DNA of 56,837 nucleotides, the filler included, from Bipalium vagum (Eukaryota): assembly GCA_037834085.1 (NCBI GenBank). It is 3 parts of 3 records of this genome, joined end to end, with 100 filler letters (N's around TTAATTAATTAA, not from the genome) between each part and the next. Parts side by side here need not be neighbours in the genome. Positions count along the whole stretch, not along the records: positions 1 to 18,140 come from JBBMKC010039358.1; 2 more parts are not named here. The stretch is one strand, 5' to 3'. The notes below the pieces were generated by a model. That model had not been told where the DNA came from, ran no database searches, and worked only from the letters and a program-made list of their open reading frames with translations. The translations under genes and the position numbers were made by a program. Within the stretch, counting starts at the first letter, position 1. Every line of letters begins with the position of its first letter. This document shows, one piece after another, positions 1 to 13,759 of the stretch.

Positions 1-859
1 ACAAAATCATAGTTTTTACAACGTGTTAAAATCAAAAAGTAGTCAATTTTGATACGTTGGATGTTCTAGTGTTAAATTTAGATTAATAATAAAGTAAGAT
101 GATAAAGTAATTTATCACAAATAATTATGGTAGTGACACCATATTTACGAAAGAAACATTTCAAGACAAGATGATTTAAGATTAAATAAATTCTATTTTA
201 GAATGAAGAATTATGAGATATTTGTTCACGCTCTTAGTCTTCACATTATTATAACAGTATGTAAATCAACTAAACTCACTCATAAATTTCGAATATCATT
301 GAATTCAATATATTATTTTTATATTTTTCTTCTTTGAAGTAAACGTTTCGGAATCACATTAGGATATCCGTTTAAAATTAAAATTTATAAGAATAAATAA
401 ATTAGAACTAATTTTGTAGATGAATATTTGGAAAATTTTTATTTGCGTAATATAATTTTTTAAATAGACTAATACATGTAATGAATTTTATAGCTTTTTT
501 TTAATTAAGATACTTCTTGCCCAAAAAAACTTTACAAAATTGACATGAAATTTCAAGATTATAACTCTTCTTAAAATATAGTTGAGTAACTTAAAATTGG
601 CGACTTTCATTTATTACCTGTACTTGTTTAAGTTAACTATCCAAATTAACTTTTAAAACTGAAAAGATCTTAAAATATTAATTTCAAAATATAAAAGAAA
701 TTAAAATAATGAAAGTATGGCTTATATTTTTTATCCTAATTATATATAAAATTAATACAGAATATTCCATCAATGACCGAATAACAAGAAATATTTTTTT
801 AATGAAGAAAAATGTATCGAGTTCTTTCTATTCAAAATATATTTAGAAATATAATAAAA

Positions 860-1330
860 ATACGATATCTGCCACAAACTTTTTTCTTTAATAAAAAGTG
901 AGGTTTGTGGTGTTGTGGTACTTCCCGGTGTAGAAATACAAAGAATTTTCAAAAAGTATCATTACAATATTCGAGATACAGAAAATTCAATATTCCAAAA
1001 TATTAATGCTGTTATTTGTGGTTAACAAAATATGTACCGCGCCTAGAATGAAAACCAGTGGCCACAGTTCATACAAAATTTCAAAATGCGAAAAGATCTT
1101 GACAAGTGGTTAGCAAAACATTGATGATTTTGTGATAGGAAGATACAATATCATAGTCGAAATTGATGATTCAAAATTACCCAAAAGAAACTATAATCAT
1201 GGTCATCAAGGGAATGATTAATGGATCGTTGCTGGATTAGATCAAATGGCAAACAAAACAGTTTTTCTTATAGATATTAATGAATGTGGCTCTGAAATTC
1301 TCGTCAATTTTATAAAGAAAATTATTAGAC
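860..1330 (+). mobile_element. Merlin/IS1595-like (ISXO2-type) DDE transposase remnant
   Basis: Degenerate frame reads IGRYNIIVEIDDSKLPKRNYNHGHQGND*WIVAGLDQMANKTVFLI, matching the Merlin motif IGG..IVEIDESK..KRKY.RG....WV.GG; contains stops and frameshifts. Ends approximate. Confidence 0.75.
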
Positions 1331-1599
1331 TATCATATACATATTAAAATTTTTTTAAATAATTAATATATATGCAATTATTAAAAATTCTATATAATTT
1401 CGAAAACTAAAAGGAGTGATAAAGAATTAATTATATCGTATGTAAAGATATATAATGATGAATTTGTGTATCTTTCTCAAGAAAATTTATATTATAATAT
1501 TTTTGATATTTTTTTAAGCATGATAAGAAATATTATGCGGGTTATCATCGGAAATGTAAGAGGTATTATATGTATATTGATTTTTGATATCTTTTTTAA

Positions 1600-2390
1600 A
1601 GGTAAGAAGCATAGTCTATATATTCAATAAAAACCTGTAACACAAATGATTAAAAAGGTCGAGCAAAGCTTTATAACATGAATTTAGGACCAATATGTTG
1701 TGATGGTCGTTAAAGCATTAAAATCTGCCAATATTCCATTGTACAAGTTAAATAATCCGGAAATAATTAAAATGTTTCAATATCTTGGTAAACCTCCCAA
1801 TTTCCAAGTAATTTTCTTGTGAAAAAGAACCATCAATAATCGATATAATTCAAGCATTAGATAAAAATTTTCAAAATATCATTTCAAAAAGTTCTTCACT
1901 AAAGCAATCGTCTTTGATCAATTTTGTTAATAAAAATTAAATATTGACTGCTTTTTATAAATCCTCTATAATTTTGTACCCCTATATTTTGAAAAAAATG
2001 TTCAGCCCAACATTGACAGGTTTCCACTGTACATTAATAATTTTTAACAACTATGACCTTGTGACATTTTCAATATCTAAATTAAACTTCACCCATATTT
2101 GCCTATTTTAATATGGATAAAGCCAAAACTTGAAAATATGTTGAATGATATTCGAATTTGAACAATTGTTAAAGCAACTCTTTTTGGTCTTGAGATTTAA
2201 ACTTTGTAAACAAATTAAAAGGTTAGTAAGGTTGACAGTGATGAATGTTTTTATGTTTCTACATTCATCATATAAATATAACAAAGTTCAAAGTTTCATT
2301 ATGTCAAAAGATTAACCAGATCTACAACCTTTTATATAATTATACATGTTTCTTCGTGGTCGTCGAGATTTTGATATATTCGAGTAATTA
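1600..2390 (+). mobile_element. hAT-like (CGGBP1-related) transposase remnant
   Basis: About 1700-1800 translates VVKALKSANIPLYKLNNPEIIKMFQYLG, the A..SANIPL.KL.N motif of CGGBP1/hAT-type transposases; the rest is heavily decayed. Confidence 0.5.
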
Positions 2391-2659
2391 AAATATTAAT
2401 AAAGAAATATATCCCGTCGTCGGAGTAATAAATTATTTTTTTGGAATAAATTTATCTCGGGATGGAGATAAAGTTAGAATTAAAGGGCTATTGAAGGAAA
2501 TAGCCGTCTCAAAGCTTAGAGATTTGTGATCGTAGAACAATCTCTATCTGTATATAAACAGACGCCTATTCCCAGAAAAATATTAAGCCAAATAAAATAG
2601 TGTGAGCAGATTTATTGGTATTACGAATTTTGAATGAATAATTTTGCAGAGATTATTCA

Positions 2660-3560
2660 TTGCCGTAGGAGAGAACATTTCAGTGAGATTTTTATTTTTA
2701 TGAAGGCAAAGCAAAAGGATTTCACAATGGGACCCAAATAATGCTAGTAAACTTGTTAACTCGATGTATGATGTCGAAATGCTTTTCTCGGAAATTTCCA
2801 ATAATAGTTTAGGTTCGAATTTCTTTTTGGATTTGGACCTAACATGTAAAGTAGTCATTGAGACAGATCCTAGACAAACTACTCGAGAACTTGTCGAGAG
2901 GTTCAAATCCAGTCACATGACCATATGAAATTATTTACTTTTTTTAAATAAATAGATGTAGCAAATGGACCTTACGTAAACCTAGTCTTGAAAACATGGC
3001 AATACGTATTATCCCGAGTCTAATGTTTTGTGCAAATCCAATAGAGTGCTTTCGTTGAAAGAATCCTTACTTTGGATGAGAAGTAGATACATTTCAAAAA
3101 TCTCTGCAAAAATGGTAGTGGTTAAGCCCTGGTAAAAAGTCAAATCTTACTCCAAAACCGAAGAAACATAGAGTAAAAGCAATGTTGTTGCTGTAGTAAA
3201 ACACAAGTGGTTTAGTTAACTTTGAATTACTTAATCCTGATCAGGTAGTCACAGGTGCTCTGTACACAAAACAAATAGATCGCGTACATCAAGCGTTTTC
3301 AATTACAATACAAAAATAAATTTTATATCTAAAAATGCTAGACTACATTTAGCAAGAGATGTTCAGGAAAACCTTTTAAAAGTAGGTTGGAAATTTCTGC
3401 CTCATCCGCCTCATCGGACTACCATTTATTCAGATCAATATTGTACTCGATGGCTAGAAAAAATTCAAAATATTGAAGTCAGACTTTGGATGCGAAAAAG
3501 TATTGATATTGGAGAAAATTGTCTTTTAGATTAATATAAATATATTTTATTTTCGTTCTA
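2660..3560 (+). mobile_element. mariner transposase pseudogene
   Basis: Fragments ETDPRQTTRELVERF, WLSPGK, FELLNPDQVVTGALYTKQIDRV, GWKFLPHPP, DYHLFRS across shifted frames. Confidence 0.75.
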
Positions 3561-3719
3561 AGAATTCGTTTTTTCAAAATATTCGCATTTCTAACTTACT
3601 AACATATTCTACAGTTAATTTAAGTAATTTTCAGTTTTTTAATAAAATTAATGTTTAAATTTCGGAAAAATATTTTTAATAACTTCAGTTTTTTTCATTA
3701 TCGATTTCTAATTAAGACT

Positions 3720-4360
3720 TGAAAATTTGAGATATTCCTTAAAAGAAATTAAAGTTCTTATAAATGCGATGTTTATGGAAAACATGTAATATCTCAGGAC
3801 ATACACGAGCGTTGGTTTCACCGCTTTAAAAGTAATGGTTTCAATTTGAGGATAAAGAACGCCCAGGCCGTCCTTCCAAATTTGAAAACCATGATTTACA
3901 AAATTTATTGGATGAAGATGCCTGTCAATCGCAAAATCAACTTTCCATAAGATTAGATGTTACCCAGCAAACAATAAGCGCGCGCTTACAAGATATGGGT
4001 AAGATTTTAAAGGAAGGAAATTGGATGCCTCTTACCACAGGACAAAAGAAAGTCTTTCTTCCATCGAATATTGTCAAGAGATGAAAATTATATTTATTTT
4101 GAAAATCCCAAACGTACGAAAGCATGGGTTAACCCAGGTCAACCATCTAAACAAACTGCAAGACTCAACCGCTATGGAAAGAAAACAATGCTTTGCGTCT
4201 GGTGAGATCAACAAGGCGTGGTGTACAATGAGCTTCTCAAAACAGGTGGAAGAAGTGTCTGGATTACAATAGCCCTTATTTTGAATAAATTATTTTTTAT
4301 TTTTGTTTCGAAATTACCGTGCTTCCGTTATTAAAAAATCCTCATTTATTTGTACCCACT
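3720..4360 (+). mobile_element. mariner (Mos1-like) transposase pseudogene, internally deleted
   Basis: WFHRFKSNGFNLEDKERPGRPSKFE...QQTISARLQDMGKILKEGNWMP and ENPKRTKAWVNPGQPSKQTARLNRYGKKTMLCVW*DQQGVVYNELLK. Confidence 0.85.
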
Positions 4361-4906
4361 ATATTTGTAAAAACTTAAAACTATCAGAAAAATTATTATT
4401 AATTAAATTGGCTTTTGGGAAAATAAAAATCTCAAGAAGAAAAGAAAAATTACAAATGTTTATATCACATTACATGAAATGAAAATTAATTAAATTAAGA
4501 AATATATAATGTAATTAAAGTTATTACAAACAATTGGTATTTTAGTTTATTTATATTAATACATAATCAATAATTTGTTAAATGCTTTATCGCCCGGAAC
4601 GATGTTAACATCCTATAGACTTTATACATTTTGATTATTAGAATTACAATTCTTAATAATTTTTAATATTTTAAACAATAAATTAAAAAATAAATTTATA
4701 AATAATTAAAATATTAAATTAATTATATTTATCGATTTTTGGAAATTTGTATAATATTAACATTATATTTATCGATTTTAGTGAAATTTGTATTTTATAA
4801 ATTTCTTCAACGATAATTCCCAATTAATATTATTAAATATAATCTTTAGATATTCTTTTAATTCTAAATATGTATATTTTGATATTTATGTTAATATTGT
4901 ATTTAC

Positions 4907-6606
4907 AGTCAGATTCGTCTAATATGATCTACTAGGGACTATCTTCGAATTCATAATAGACAAATTACAAAAAGCAAAAACTTAAAATTACACAATCAAA
5001 AGAAATTAGATTTATTATATATTTTATTTCAAACCAAAAAAGGATTCCAGACATGTTTGCCTAAAATTCCTAATAATTTGAGGTTCGATTTCAGAGGCCA
5101 TTTTGTTAATCGAATTTGAATATGTTTTTCTTTAGTCTTTGTCGAAATACAAGTACTTCTGAACCATTTGCAGACAGAATAAAATTTCTTTGTTACTTTG
5201 ATGAATAATTTCCATATCCCCATCTTCATAATCTTCATTCAAAATTGTCTCTTTGTCATTTTTATGTGAAATTAAATTTGCAACCTCATTTCATAAATCA
5301 AGTATAATTTTCAAGTGATCATCACAAGTCAAATAATCGGAAAATGATTTATTTATATTTAGGAGTTTATATCAAGTCATCAAAAATAATTGAATGTGCT
5401 ATCATTCATTTTATGTACTTCCATCGGACTGCCATTTTGAATAAATGGTGTCGGGTGAAAGCAATTAATAATTGTTAGTTCTTAACTCTGAATCCCATGA
5501 TTGACATAGCATATGTAAAGCATCTAGCAAATATAATATCAGTTTCATAAAATATTAATATTTTTTCTCTAAGTAGTATTAGATGGCAAAAATACATTGT
5601 AACATTTTTTAGTGATACATTCATAGGGTGACTTGGACAACGATCTAGAATTAGTGCAACCTTCCGCTTCATTACGTTCTCTAAGTTTTTAAAATACTCA
5701 ATGAATATGGCCTAAGTCATCCGTGCTTTTTGATTGAATTTATACGTAACTGGTAAATGTATGTAAAAGCATTGTAGTTTTCCAAATTTTTCAAAAACCA
5801 TTAATGGAAATTTATTTCCAGACATTGATATTGCTACTAGAACAATGATTCGCTTTTTGAATTTTTTTCCTCAGTGAACGCTTTCCTTTTTAAAAGCTAA
5901 TGTTCTATTAGGTCGTCACATATGAAATGTCCGATTTTAAAACTAATTTTTTAAACTACTATAATTCACTTAATATTTAACATTTGCAACTTATTTAAAT
6001 ATCATTTTGAAGCGCTAAATCTGCAGAATCAATATATAATATTTGTTTTAAACAGTGAATTATTTAAAATAATTTTTAGACGGCATGGGAATGATATTAA
6101 AAAATACTGAAATGCGAACAATTTCCTATTGCATATTACGCAATCGGACATTTCATATGTGGCAACCTAATATCTGATGTAAGAAGCCAGAACAGTACAA
6201 ATTCATTATTATTTAAAATGACTGTCGAATAGTATTTAGATAAAATATCTGGCAACATAGTTTGTCACACATTTTTCTACTCAACATTTGATATTGCAGC
6301 TTCCATCGATTAGTCCAATTAATTTCACTTGGTTATTGATATCAGTTTCATTAAGTTTCCTTGCTAGTCAGATTGCCTTTGCACTTAGAATTTCGCCGCT
6401 TAAACAAATTTCTAGTTTATTAGAACACATATTAGAAAAATCGTGTAAGCAGAGCTTAATCTCTTAAATTAAATTCAGTTTTTAAAATTCTTTTAATGGA
6501 AATTGGTAATCATTGATGTTTTTGATTTTTTCAAGGTTTGTAATTTTTAAAAAGCTTGCCAAAGCCATCTAATTTCATATAAGACGCACTTATATTTGCC
6601 GAACTG
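4907..6606 (-). mobile_element. pogo/Tigger (CENP-B family) DDE transposon remnant
   Basis: Minus-strand fragments LFWLLTSDRTLAFK, KRIIVLVAISMSGNKFPLMV, KARMT, RKVALILDRCPSHP; both ends start TA-CAGT with an imperfect shared CGTCT.ATATGA motif. Confidence 0.7.
5908..6170. mobile_element. mariner-type MITE (263 bp) nested in the pogo remnant
   Basis: 29-bp TIRs TTAGGTCGTCACATATGAAATGTCCGATT / AATCGGACATTTCATATGTGGCAACCTAA (2 mismatches), TA target duplication at 5906-5907 and 6171-6172, no coding capacity. Confidence 0.9.
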
Positions 6607-6984
6607 TACTGGATTTTATTATTCATTGTTCTCATCTGATCTTAAAATACAGAAAAAATGATATCTCTAATATTTATCTTTCTTTAAAATGATAAAAAAT
6701 TCTAAAGCTAGTGAAACTTAATTTAAACAACATATTTAAACAATCTATAATTTTTTTAACAAGTTTTCAATATTGATTATTCGAAAATTTTTAATAAAAA
6801 ATAAAATAATTTATTAAATTATTAATTTTGAAATGAATTTAAGAAAAATTATAAAAACAATATAAACACGAATATTAATAAAGAAAAAGTTAAAAGATTA
6901 TATTCAGTTCAGCTAAGAATTTTTATTGATGATATTCCTTTCTTTCATATCTTCATCGACTAAAATAAGAAATATCTATAAATT

Positions 6985-7693
6985 TTAGAATTTATTTATA
7001 TTTCTTATTACCTCTTGAATATTAAATCCCGTAATGGACTGAATAACTCCGGGTAATCTTTCCATAATATCCAGTATCTCTTTTGTTAATTTGGAAGCCC
7101 CAATTTCTCCTGACCCCGTGCATATCATAGATATTTTATCACAATTTGCTATGGGCGCAGCTACCTCCGCTGCCAGCTGGGGCAACATATCCAGAAACAT
7201 GTTTAACCTAGCAGCTTCCTGAAATATAATTTTTGTTAAATTTCTAAGAGTGATTTTATTTGAAAGCTTTTCAAAAAAACTTTTTAATTCACTTTAAAAG
7301 TTGGACTTTAAAAAAATCTCTAATGGTTTTTAAGTTCATGTTCACTTAATTGTACAAATGAATTTGAGAATAGTTCCTGTCTCAAATTCCTGAATTTATT
7401 AAATCCCAGTTTTCTACCTTTCAAGACATTTTCGAATATAAATAAAAAGAATTGGTGCTTTATTATAAGTGTATTCAAACAGTGTTAATAATTTGGGTGA
7501 AACCAATTAACAGAATTATATTCATACATTTTTTAAAAATCTTTACAGATTTTTTATATTATTAATATATATAATTTAGTTCATAATTTTAATAATAAAT
7601 AAAGTCAGCATCAAATTGGAAACATTTAAATAAAATTTAACATTCAGAATTTGATTTTAAAAAATTTAAAAATTACAAAAACATTTATTATTA

Positions 7694-7735
<42 letters not shown>

Positions 7736-10700
7736 TACTGGCTATTGCAGTTTTTGTTTAAATTAATCCACCATTTAATTGTTTTAATCGTCGTTACTAT
7801 TGCTTCCCATAACTGTTCCCATTGATTTCAAATTTTCATGATATACGACACCTTCCATATCCCACCAAATACAAAGTATTACTTATAATAATTATTTACG
7901 AAGAACCCTGATGTCTGTCCTGGGCTGCCAAAATTAAATTATTATAATATCAAATTAATTATATATTATCAATTATAAATTATAATTATCTTTAAATATA
8001 TTATATATTTCGAACTGGGCGCTATCAGACTAGCCAAAATCACCATTTGAAAATTTTCGAAACCAATGTTGGCACTTATTGACTTTTAATACGCCTCCAT
8101 ACACATCACAAATCTTCTTTGTTGCAACGGTTGCATTAACACCTGATCGAAAATGAAACAGTATGCAATGACGTAAATGTTCCTCACTTGGTTGATTCTC
8201 AGAATAATATATCTCATAATATATATAAACCAAACACTCCATAATAAAAATAATTGATTTCTTATGAGTACTCCTAATATATATTTCATAGAAAAATCAA
8301 AGGAGTAATGTATTAAGGAATGATATATTAATGAGCATAAAAAAGCTGTCTTAGGAAACCAATAAAAACAGTAATTATTGAAGCTGGAAGTTTCTCGGTA
8401 ATGTACTGAATAAAAACGGTATACAAACAGATCTGTCAAAAATAGAAACAATCCGGATATTTACTCAACCAAAATATGTTAAAAACTTAAGAATTTTTTT
8501 TGGAAATATGTAAATATCAATCTTGTTTCATGATTGTTCTTAAATTTATTTAAAGGATTTTAAAAGTTAATTTAGTTTTCTGAGTAATTTATAACAAAAT
8601 AACAAATTAAAAGAATAAATTTAGTAAATTAATAATGTACAACATATTTATATATAATTAAAATATAAAGGTATTTTTAAAAATTGATATACAGGGTGCG
8701 TCAGCTATTTGAGGACAAAAACTGTTAAAATATATCAGGATAATTATTTTAGTGGCACTAAAATTGATTTGCAATATTTACTGATACATTAAATAATTAT
8801 TTTTTAATTTAGAAATGGAAGAGATAACTTTTGAATTAACACAAGAAATGAAAAGGCATACGGTTATTGTTGCATTAGCCGACAGATCGTTTGTCAATAA
8901 AATTAGAAAAAAATGTTTGACATCTGATCAAAATCTTTCCTCTATATCTAAAAGAAAAACACATTCCTCATGTTCAGACATTGTCAGAAATGTTAATTTT
9001 GTTTACAAAAGGATGTTATTCATGAAAGTCCCGGAACATCAGTGAGAGAAATTGCCAATCGACTATCGGTTTCTGAGTCAACAGTAAGACGAACGGTAAA
9101 CAATGATTTAAAATGCAAGTCCTACATCATGAGAAGAAGACATTTTGTATCCGCAAAAAGCAAAGAAAAACGTTTAATCCAGTCGAAGTTTATTTTAAAC
9201 AAACAAGCATCCTGATCATCCAAACATGCTATGGTTCTTTTCTGATGAAAAACTTTTTACTCAAGATCAAAAGGTTTATAGGAGGAACAACCGATAGCTG
9301 TACTCCAGTGCTTCTGAAGTTCCTAATGTTATTCACACAAAGTTTCCACCATCTTTAGTGATATTGGGTGTTGTGAGCAGCTAAGGTCATGCTATGCCTC
9401 CGTATTTCTTTCCACAGGAATTTAGAATTAATGCATCTTTTTATATCGAGTGTCTGGATACATATGTGAAGCCCTGGATTGAAATAGTTGCCCACGGAAG
9501 TCCTTATGTGTTCAACAAGACCCAGCTCCCTGCCATACAGCATTAAAAACACAAAAATGGCTATCTAAAAAAATTTTAACGACCATGTAACTCCAAACTT
9601 ATGGCCACCTATCTCACCCGATTTAAATCATTTGGACTATTTCGTATGGGGAGTCGTAGAGAAGGAGACGAACAAACATCCTCATAATACCAAAGATTCA
9701 TTACGGGCTTCTATAAGTTCTGCTACAATAAATATGAATAAAAACCATTTGATTGTGTCTTGTAAGCTTTTCAGAAGCCGTCTTGAAGCTGTAATTGACA
9801 CTGAAAGCGATTTTACTGAATAAATAAAACTTGTGTACTTAAAACAAATAAAGTTTCTAATATTGCTTAAAAATATACATTCTTTTCATTAAAAATAGTA
9901 CTTACCTTTAATATCAATTTTTGTCCTCAAATAGCTGACGAATCCTGCATTTATATCCCACTGTTTGATTAAATTTGTTTAAATATTTTGAATTTGTTGA
10001 TCACTTAATAAATTACTTTAAACGACTTACTGTTATGGATTCCAAATCGATAGATGTTAATAGGATATATTTTTCGTCGCATTGCAAAAGACAATGGTAT
10101 CAAAAGGTACTGTACGAAGACATATATGGACATATGAACACTAAAAATGGTTATTGGAACAATGTAAAATGTTATATGGTTTAATGAGTTTTAATTTGAG
10201 ATTTTCGGACAAAAAAGGAAAACATGTACCCAGATAATAAAAGAAAAAATGATGGATCAGTAAAGCATGGATGTGGAATTAGTAATGATATTGGGTTATT
10301 TTGGAAACAATAAAGTTGGAAACTTGGTCTAAATCAATGGAATTCTAATATATATAGATATTTTAGTTCACTAAGCGGTTCCAAATTGATTGGGTTTAAT
10401 TGATCAAAATTTTATTTTTCAACAAGATGATAATTTGAAGCACCCATCAAAATTAAAAGGTTTTGAAAGGTTAAGAAGCAAATAGGTGGGATAGAAGTGA
10501 ATTGATTCAATTCCATAAAAATCGATTTAGTCTTTACTTACAAGGGTTTTGTTTTGATTCCTTTACTGGTTAATAATAAAATAATATTTTTATAATCATT
10601 CAAAATTTTAAAATAAATTAAATATAAAATCGTCTATAAAAATTAAACCTATTTTTTTATGTGAAATTTTTATTTCCCGAAGTTTTCAAAAATAATCATA

Positions 10701-12523
10701 ACTACATTATTATAACATTATAAAGTATCACACGATGGACTCTTTTTAAACAAATGAAAAAGCTAAGGTTTCTCACCTCATATTCTTTCCAAGCTTCAGC
10801 CTTCAGTCTCATCTGCATAGCATCGGCTTCGGCTTTTAGTGAAATCGTTTTGGCTTCGGCTTCTCCTTTCAGTCTAATTTTTTCTGCCTCAGCCTCGGCC
10901 TCTCGAAATATTCGGTTCATTTCTGCTTCACCCAACTTTTCCAGGCGATATTTTTCAGCGTCAGCCGTTTTCCGGATAGACGCTTCTAAATGTTTATCTT
11001 GTCGTAAAATTTCTAATCGTTCGACTTCTATTTTTCTTATTTTTTCAATGACCTTTATTTGCATGTCTTCTTCTTTAATAGACTGTTTCGTTTTTGCTGC
11101 CTAAAATGGTTATATATATAATTATTATTTGTTATATACATACTTGAATGTCATAAGCAAAATCAGATTCCGCCCTTCTTGTTTGAACTTCTCTTTCAAA
11201 GTTAGCTTTTTTAAGTTCATAGTCTCTTGAAGATTTTGCAATTTCCACATCATTACTACACTGGGCTGCTCTTTTTAACTGTTCAGCAATTGCTTCTTTA
11301 ATCCCAGACTCCTTTTTGGCCTCCGCTTCTCCTATTCTAGCATCTCTCTTAACCTGTGCAGTTCTAGCTTCGCCTAGTGCTTTTAAATATCCCTAATGTA
11401 AGGAAAACATTACTTATTATTGTATTATGTGAAACAAATCATTAAATAATAAATAATCATTAAATAATAAATTATCATTAAAATAATAAATAATCATTAA
11501 AATAATAAATAATCATTAAATAATAAATAATCATTAAAATAATAAATAATCATTAAAATAATAAATAATCATTAAAATAATAAATAATCATTAAAATAAT
11601 AAATAATTATTAAAATTATTAAATACACCTCATCATCCTGTATATCTTTTAATGTATAACTGACAACACTGATTCCCATATTAACCATATCGGATGAAGC
11701 TACTTCGAAAACGGAACTGGAAAACTTTTTACGATCTTTGTAGATCTCCTCCACAGTCATGTTACCCATAATAGCTCTTTGGTGAGCTTCTAGCGTTTCT
11801 TTGGCAATGTCTCGTATTTCGTCTTCTGTTTTCCCTAAAAACTGTTCACAGGCCGTTGCCAACATGATTTTATCCGACCCATTTATTTTTATCTGAAATC
11901 CAATTATTACACCATAAAGTTCTTTGTTATACAAGAATTTTTAAACGTTCAATGACTTCACGAACTTTCCGAACAGGATGTTTACGTATCCAGTCATGAT
12001 GATATTACATTACAATATGACCACAGTTTTCCAAGTAACTTACTAACCTGTGCCACTCCAGTCACAGTAACAGGAACACCTAACTGCGTATAGATTCTTG
12101 GACTTGTTATTATTAATGTCATCGTATTTAGAGATATTCTAAAATGAATAAATTTAATAAAATTGACTTTCCATCAATTATATTTTATAAAATGTTGTTT
12201 ATGTTATAATAAAGGTATTGGTAATGATGGCGATGAAAGTTATTTTGATAAAGATCATTCACACTACTATTTGTAGGGGTTCTTTATCGTACATATATAA
12301 TACAGGTTAGAAAATAAGTTAAATAAGAGTCATTAATAAAAAAAAATTATACTTCTGCAATTTGTGTATTAGGGGCCAAACAAATTTACGACCACCAGAT
12401 ATCATTACAGGTTTCCTGAAAAAACACCCTTTTCGCCATTTTATTATTCAAAACTCAATTATGAACCCTACCTGAAATGACCATGGCTTCATTAGGTCCA
12501 CAAACGATAAATCCCCAAGTCAT
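6985..12523 (-). CDS. FLOT1: Flotillin-1 (SPFH/band 7 family); exons 12523-12472, 12428-12353, 12138-12048, 11892-11629, 11392-11144, 11100-10777, 7218-6985
   Basis: Spliced product [19 protein letters not shown]...ISLNTMTL...[14 protein letters not shown]...ACEQFLGK...[25 protein letters not shown]...[18 protein letters not shown]...EA-rich coiled coil...[13 protein letters not shown]; all introns GT-AG with consistent phase. Confidence 0.95.
7770..8476 (-). mobile_element. mariner remnant in flotillin intron 6
   Basis: [30 protein letters not shown]...[13 protein letters not shown] and a separate [13 protein letters not shown] fragment; TIR-like end near 8450-8476. Confidence 0.75.
8692..9947 (+). 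mobile_element. Tc1/mariner DD37D (maT-type) transposon, near full length, pseudogenised
   Basis: TIRs CAGGGTGCGTCAGCTATTTTGAGGACAAAAA / TTTTTGTCCTCAAATAGCTGACGAATCCTG; WFFSDEK...QQD..PCH...[16 protein letters not shown] with about 37 residues between the second and third D after frameshift repair. Confidence 0.85.
10050..10470 (+). mobile_element. Tc1-like transposase fragment
   Basis: SVKHGCG and [14 protein letters not shown] motifs (cf. TVKHGGG, FQQDNDPKHTS). Confidence 0.6.
11436..11615. repeat. Minisatellite, 18-19 bp unit AAATAATCATTAAA(A)TAAT, about 9-10 copies, filling flotillin intron 4
   Basis: Directly visible tandem array. Confidence 0.9.
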
Positions 12524-13759
12524 TGAAAAACAACGAAATTAGCTTAATCTTAAATATGAAAAATTACCAAATGATTTTAACTATTAATATAAATAAATCA
12601 TCAATGAATATATGTAAACTCGTTTTGATTGGATGATAATTAGCAGTCTTTAATATTTGTAATTAATATTTGTATTGGATAATTATTATAATCTGCATAT
12701 AAAATACCGGAAAATGTATGAAAATTTTAGCTAATAAAATTCTTTAAAAGAAATTAGAAATTTTATATCATTCCTAAGGTTTAAGGGAAATTCGTCATGA
12801 TAATTATAAATCAAAAAAATAGAATTTAATATTTTAGGTAGAAATTCCTATTTTCTTTGAAACTTCGAAACTTTTATTAAATTTTCCAAATAAGAATATT
12901 GTCCAAGTTTATTAAATTGACTTAAAACGGAAAGATTAATATTATGATAAATATTGTTTGATTTTCAACCTGTAATAATCATTATAATAAAAAATAATAA
13001 TAATAACAGATACATATAATATTAATAGTAAAATATTAATATTAACAATAAAATTAAATATTTTTGTTAATCTCGCTTCTGCCATTTCAGCAGAAAAGAT
13101 TATTTCCACGGCCAACTGGATTTATAGGCAGATTTTGACCCCCATAGGATTAGAGGGAATTCAATGATATGCAACTGCTGTATCAGATTTGATGAAAGAC
13201 AATTCTGAGAAAGAGCAGTTATTGATTTTAAATAAAAATATAAAATAAATAAATGAGTTAATAAATATATACTGGGGGTTTCAGGGAGAAATATCAAAAC
13301 TTTACCGAACGATTCCTTGATTAAATCTAAGCAAGAATATTTAATCAACATATGCCTGATTTTCAACCGTTGCCGAAATATTGAGTGTTAAAGTTACTAA
13401 TAATTGTGTAACATAAAACCTACAAGTATTGTTTTTTTAATAATTCAATAAAATGATCGATTAATAGATTGCCATTTAAATTCACTAATAAAGAATATAG
13501 TGATAAGATCTTTTTAGACTTGTCCACATAAAACTATTACAAAATTGTTTCTTAATAATTTCTTCATGGCAGACTACTAATATTGGGCTTATTAAATTTA
13601 ATAACAATAAATAGTTTGATTGCAAAATGTCGACTGACACTTTTTGGTTTTATCAATATATTTATATCATAAGTGCGAAATTTAAATTGATTTGATATAA
13701 AAAGGTAATTCAGTTATCCACAATATTTTAGTTTTTTAAAAATTATTTTTATTGGTTCA

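Noticed and set aside
10754-11104. 116-aa plus-strand ORF (likewise 24704-25060, 25373-25675, 22591-22902)
   Set aside because: Antisense shadows of real coding exons or retroelement ORFs.
11436-11615. Regular repeat array as a possible CRISPR
   Set aside because: No unique spacers and the context is eukaryotic and intronic; it is a simple minisatellite.
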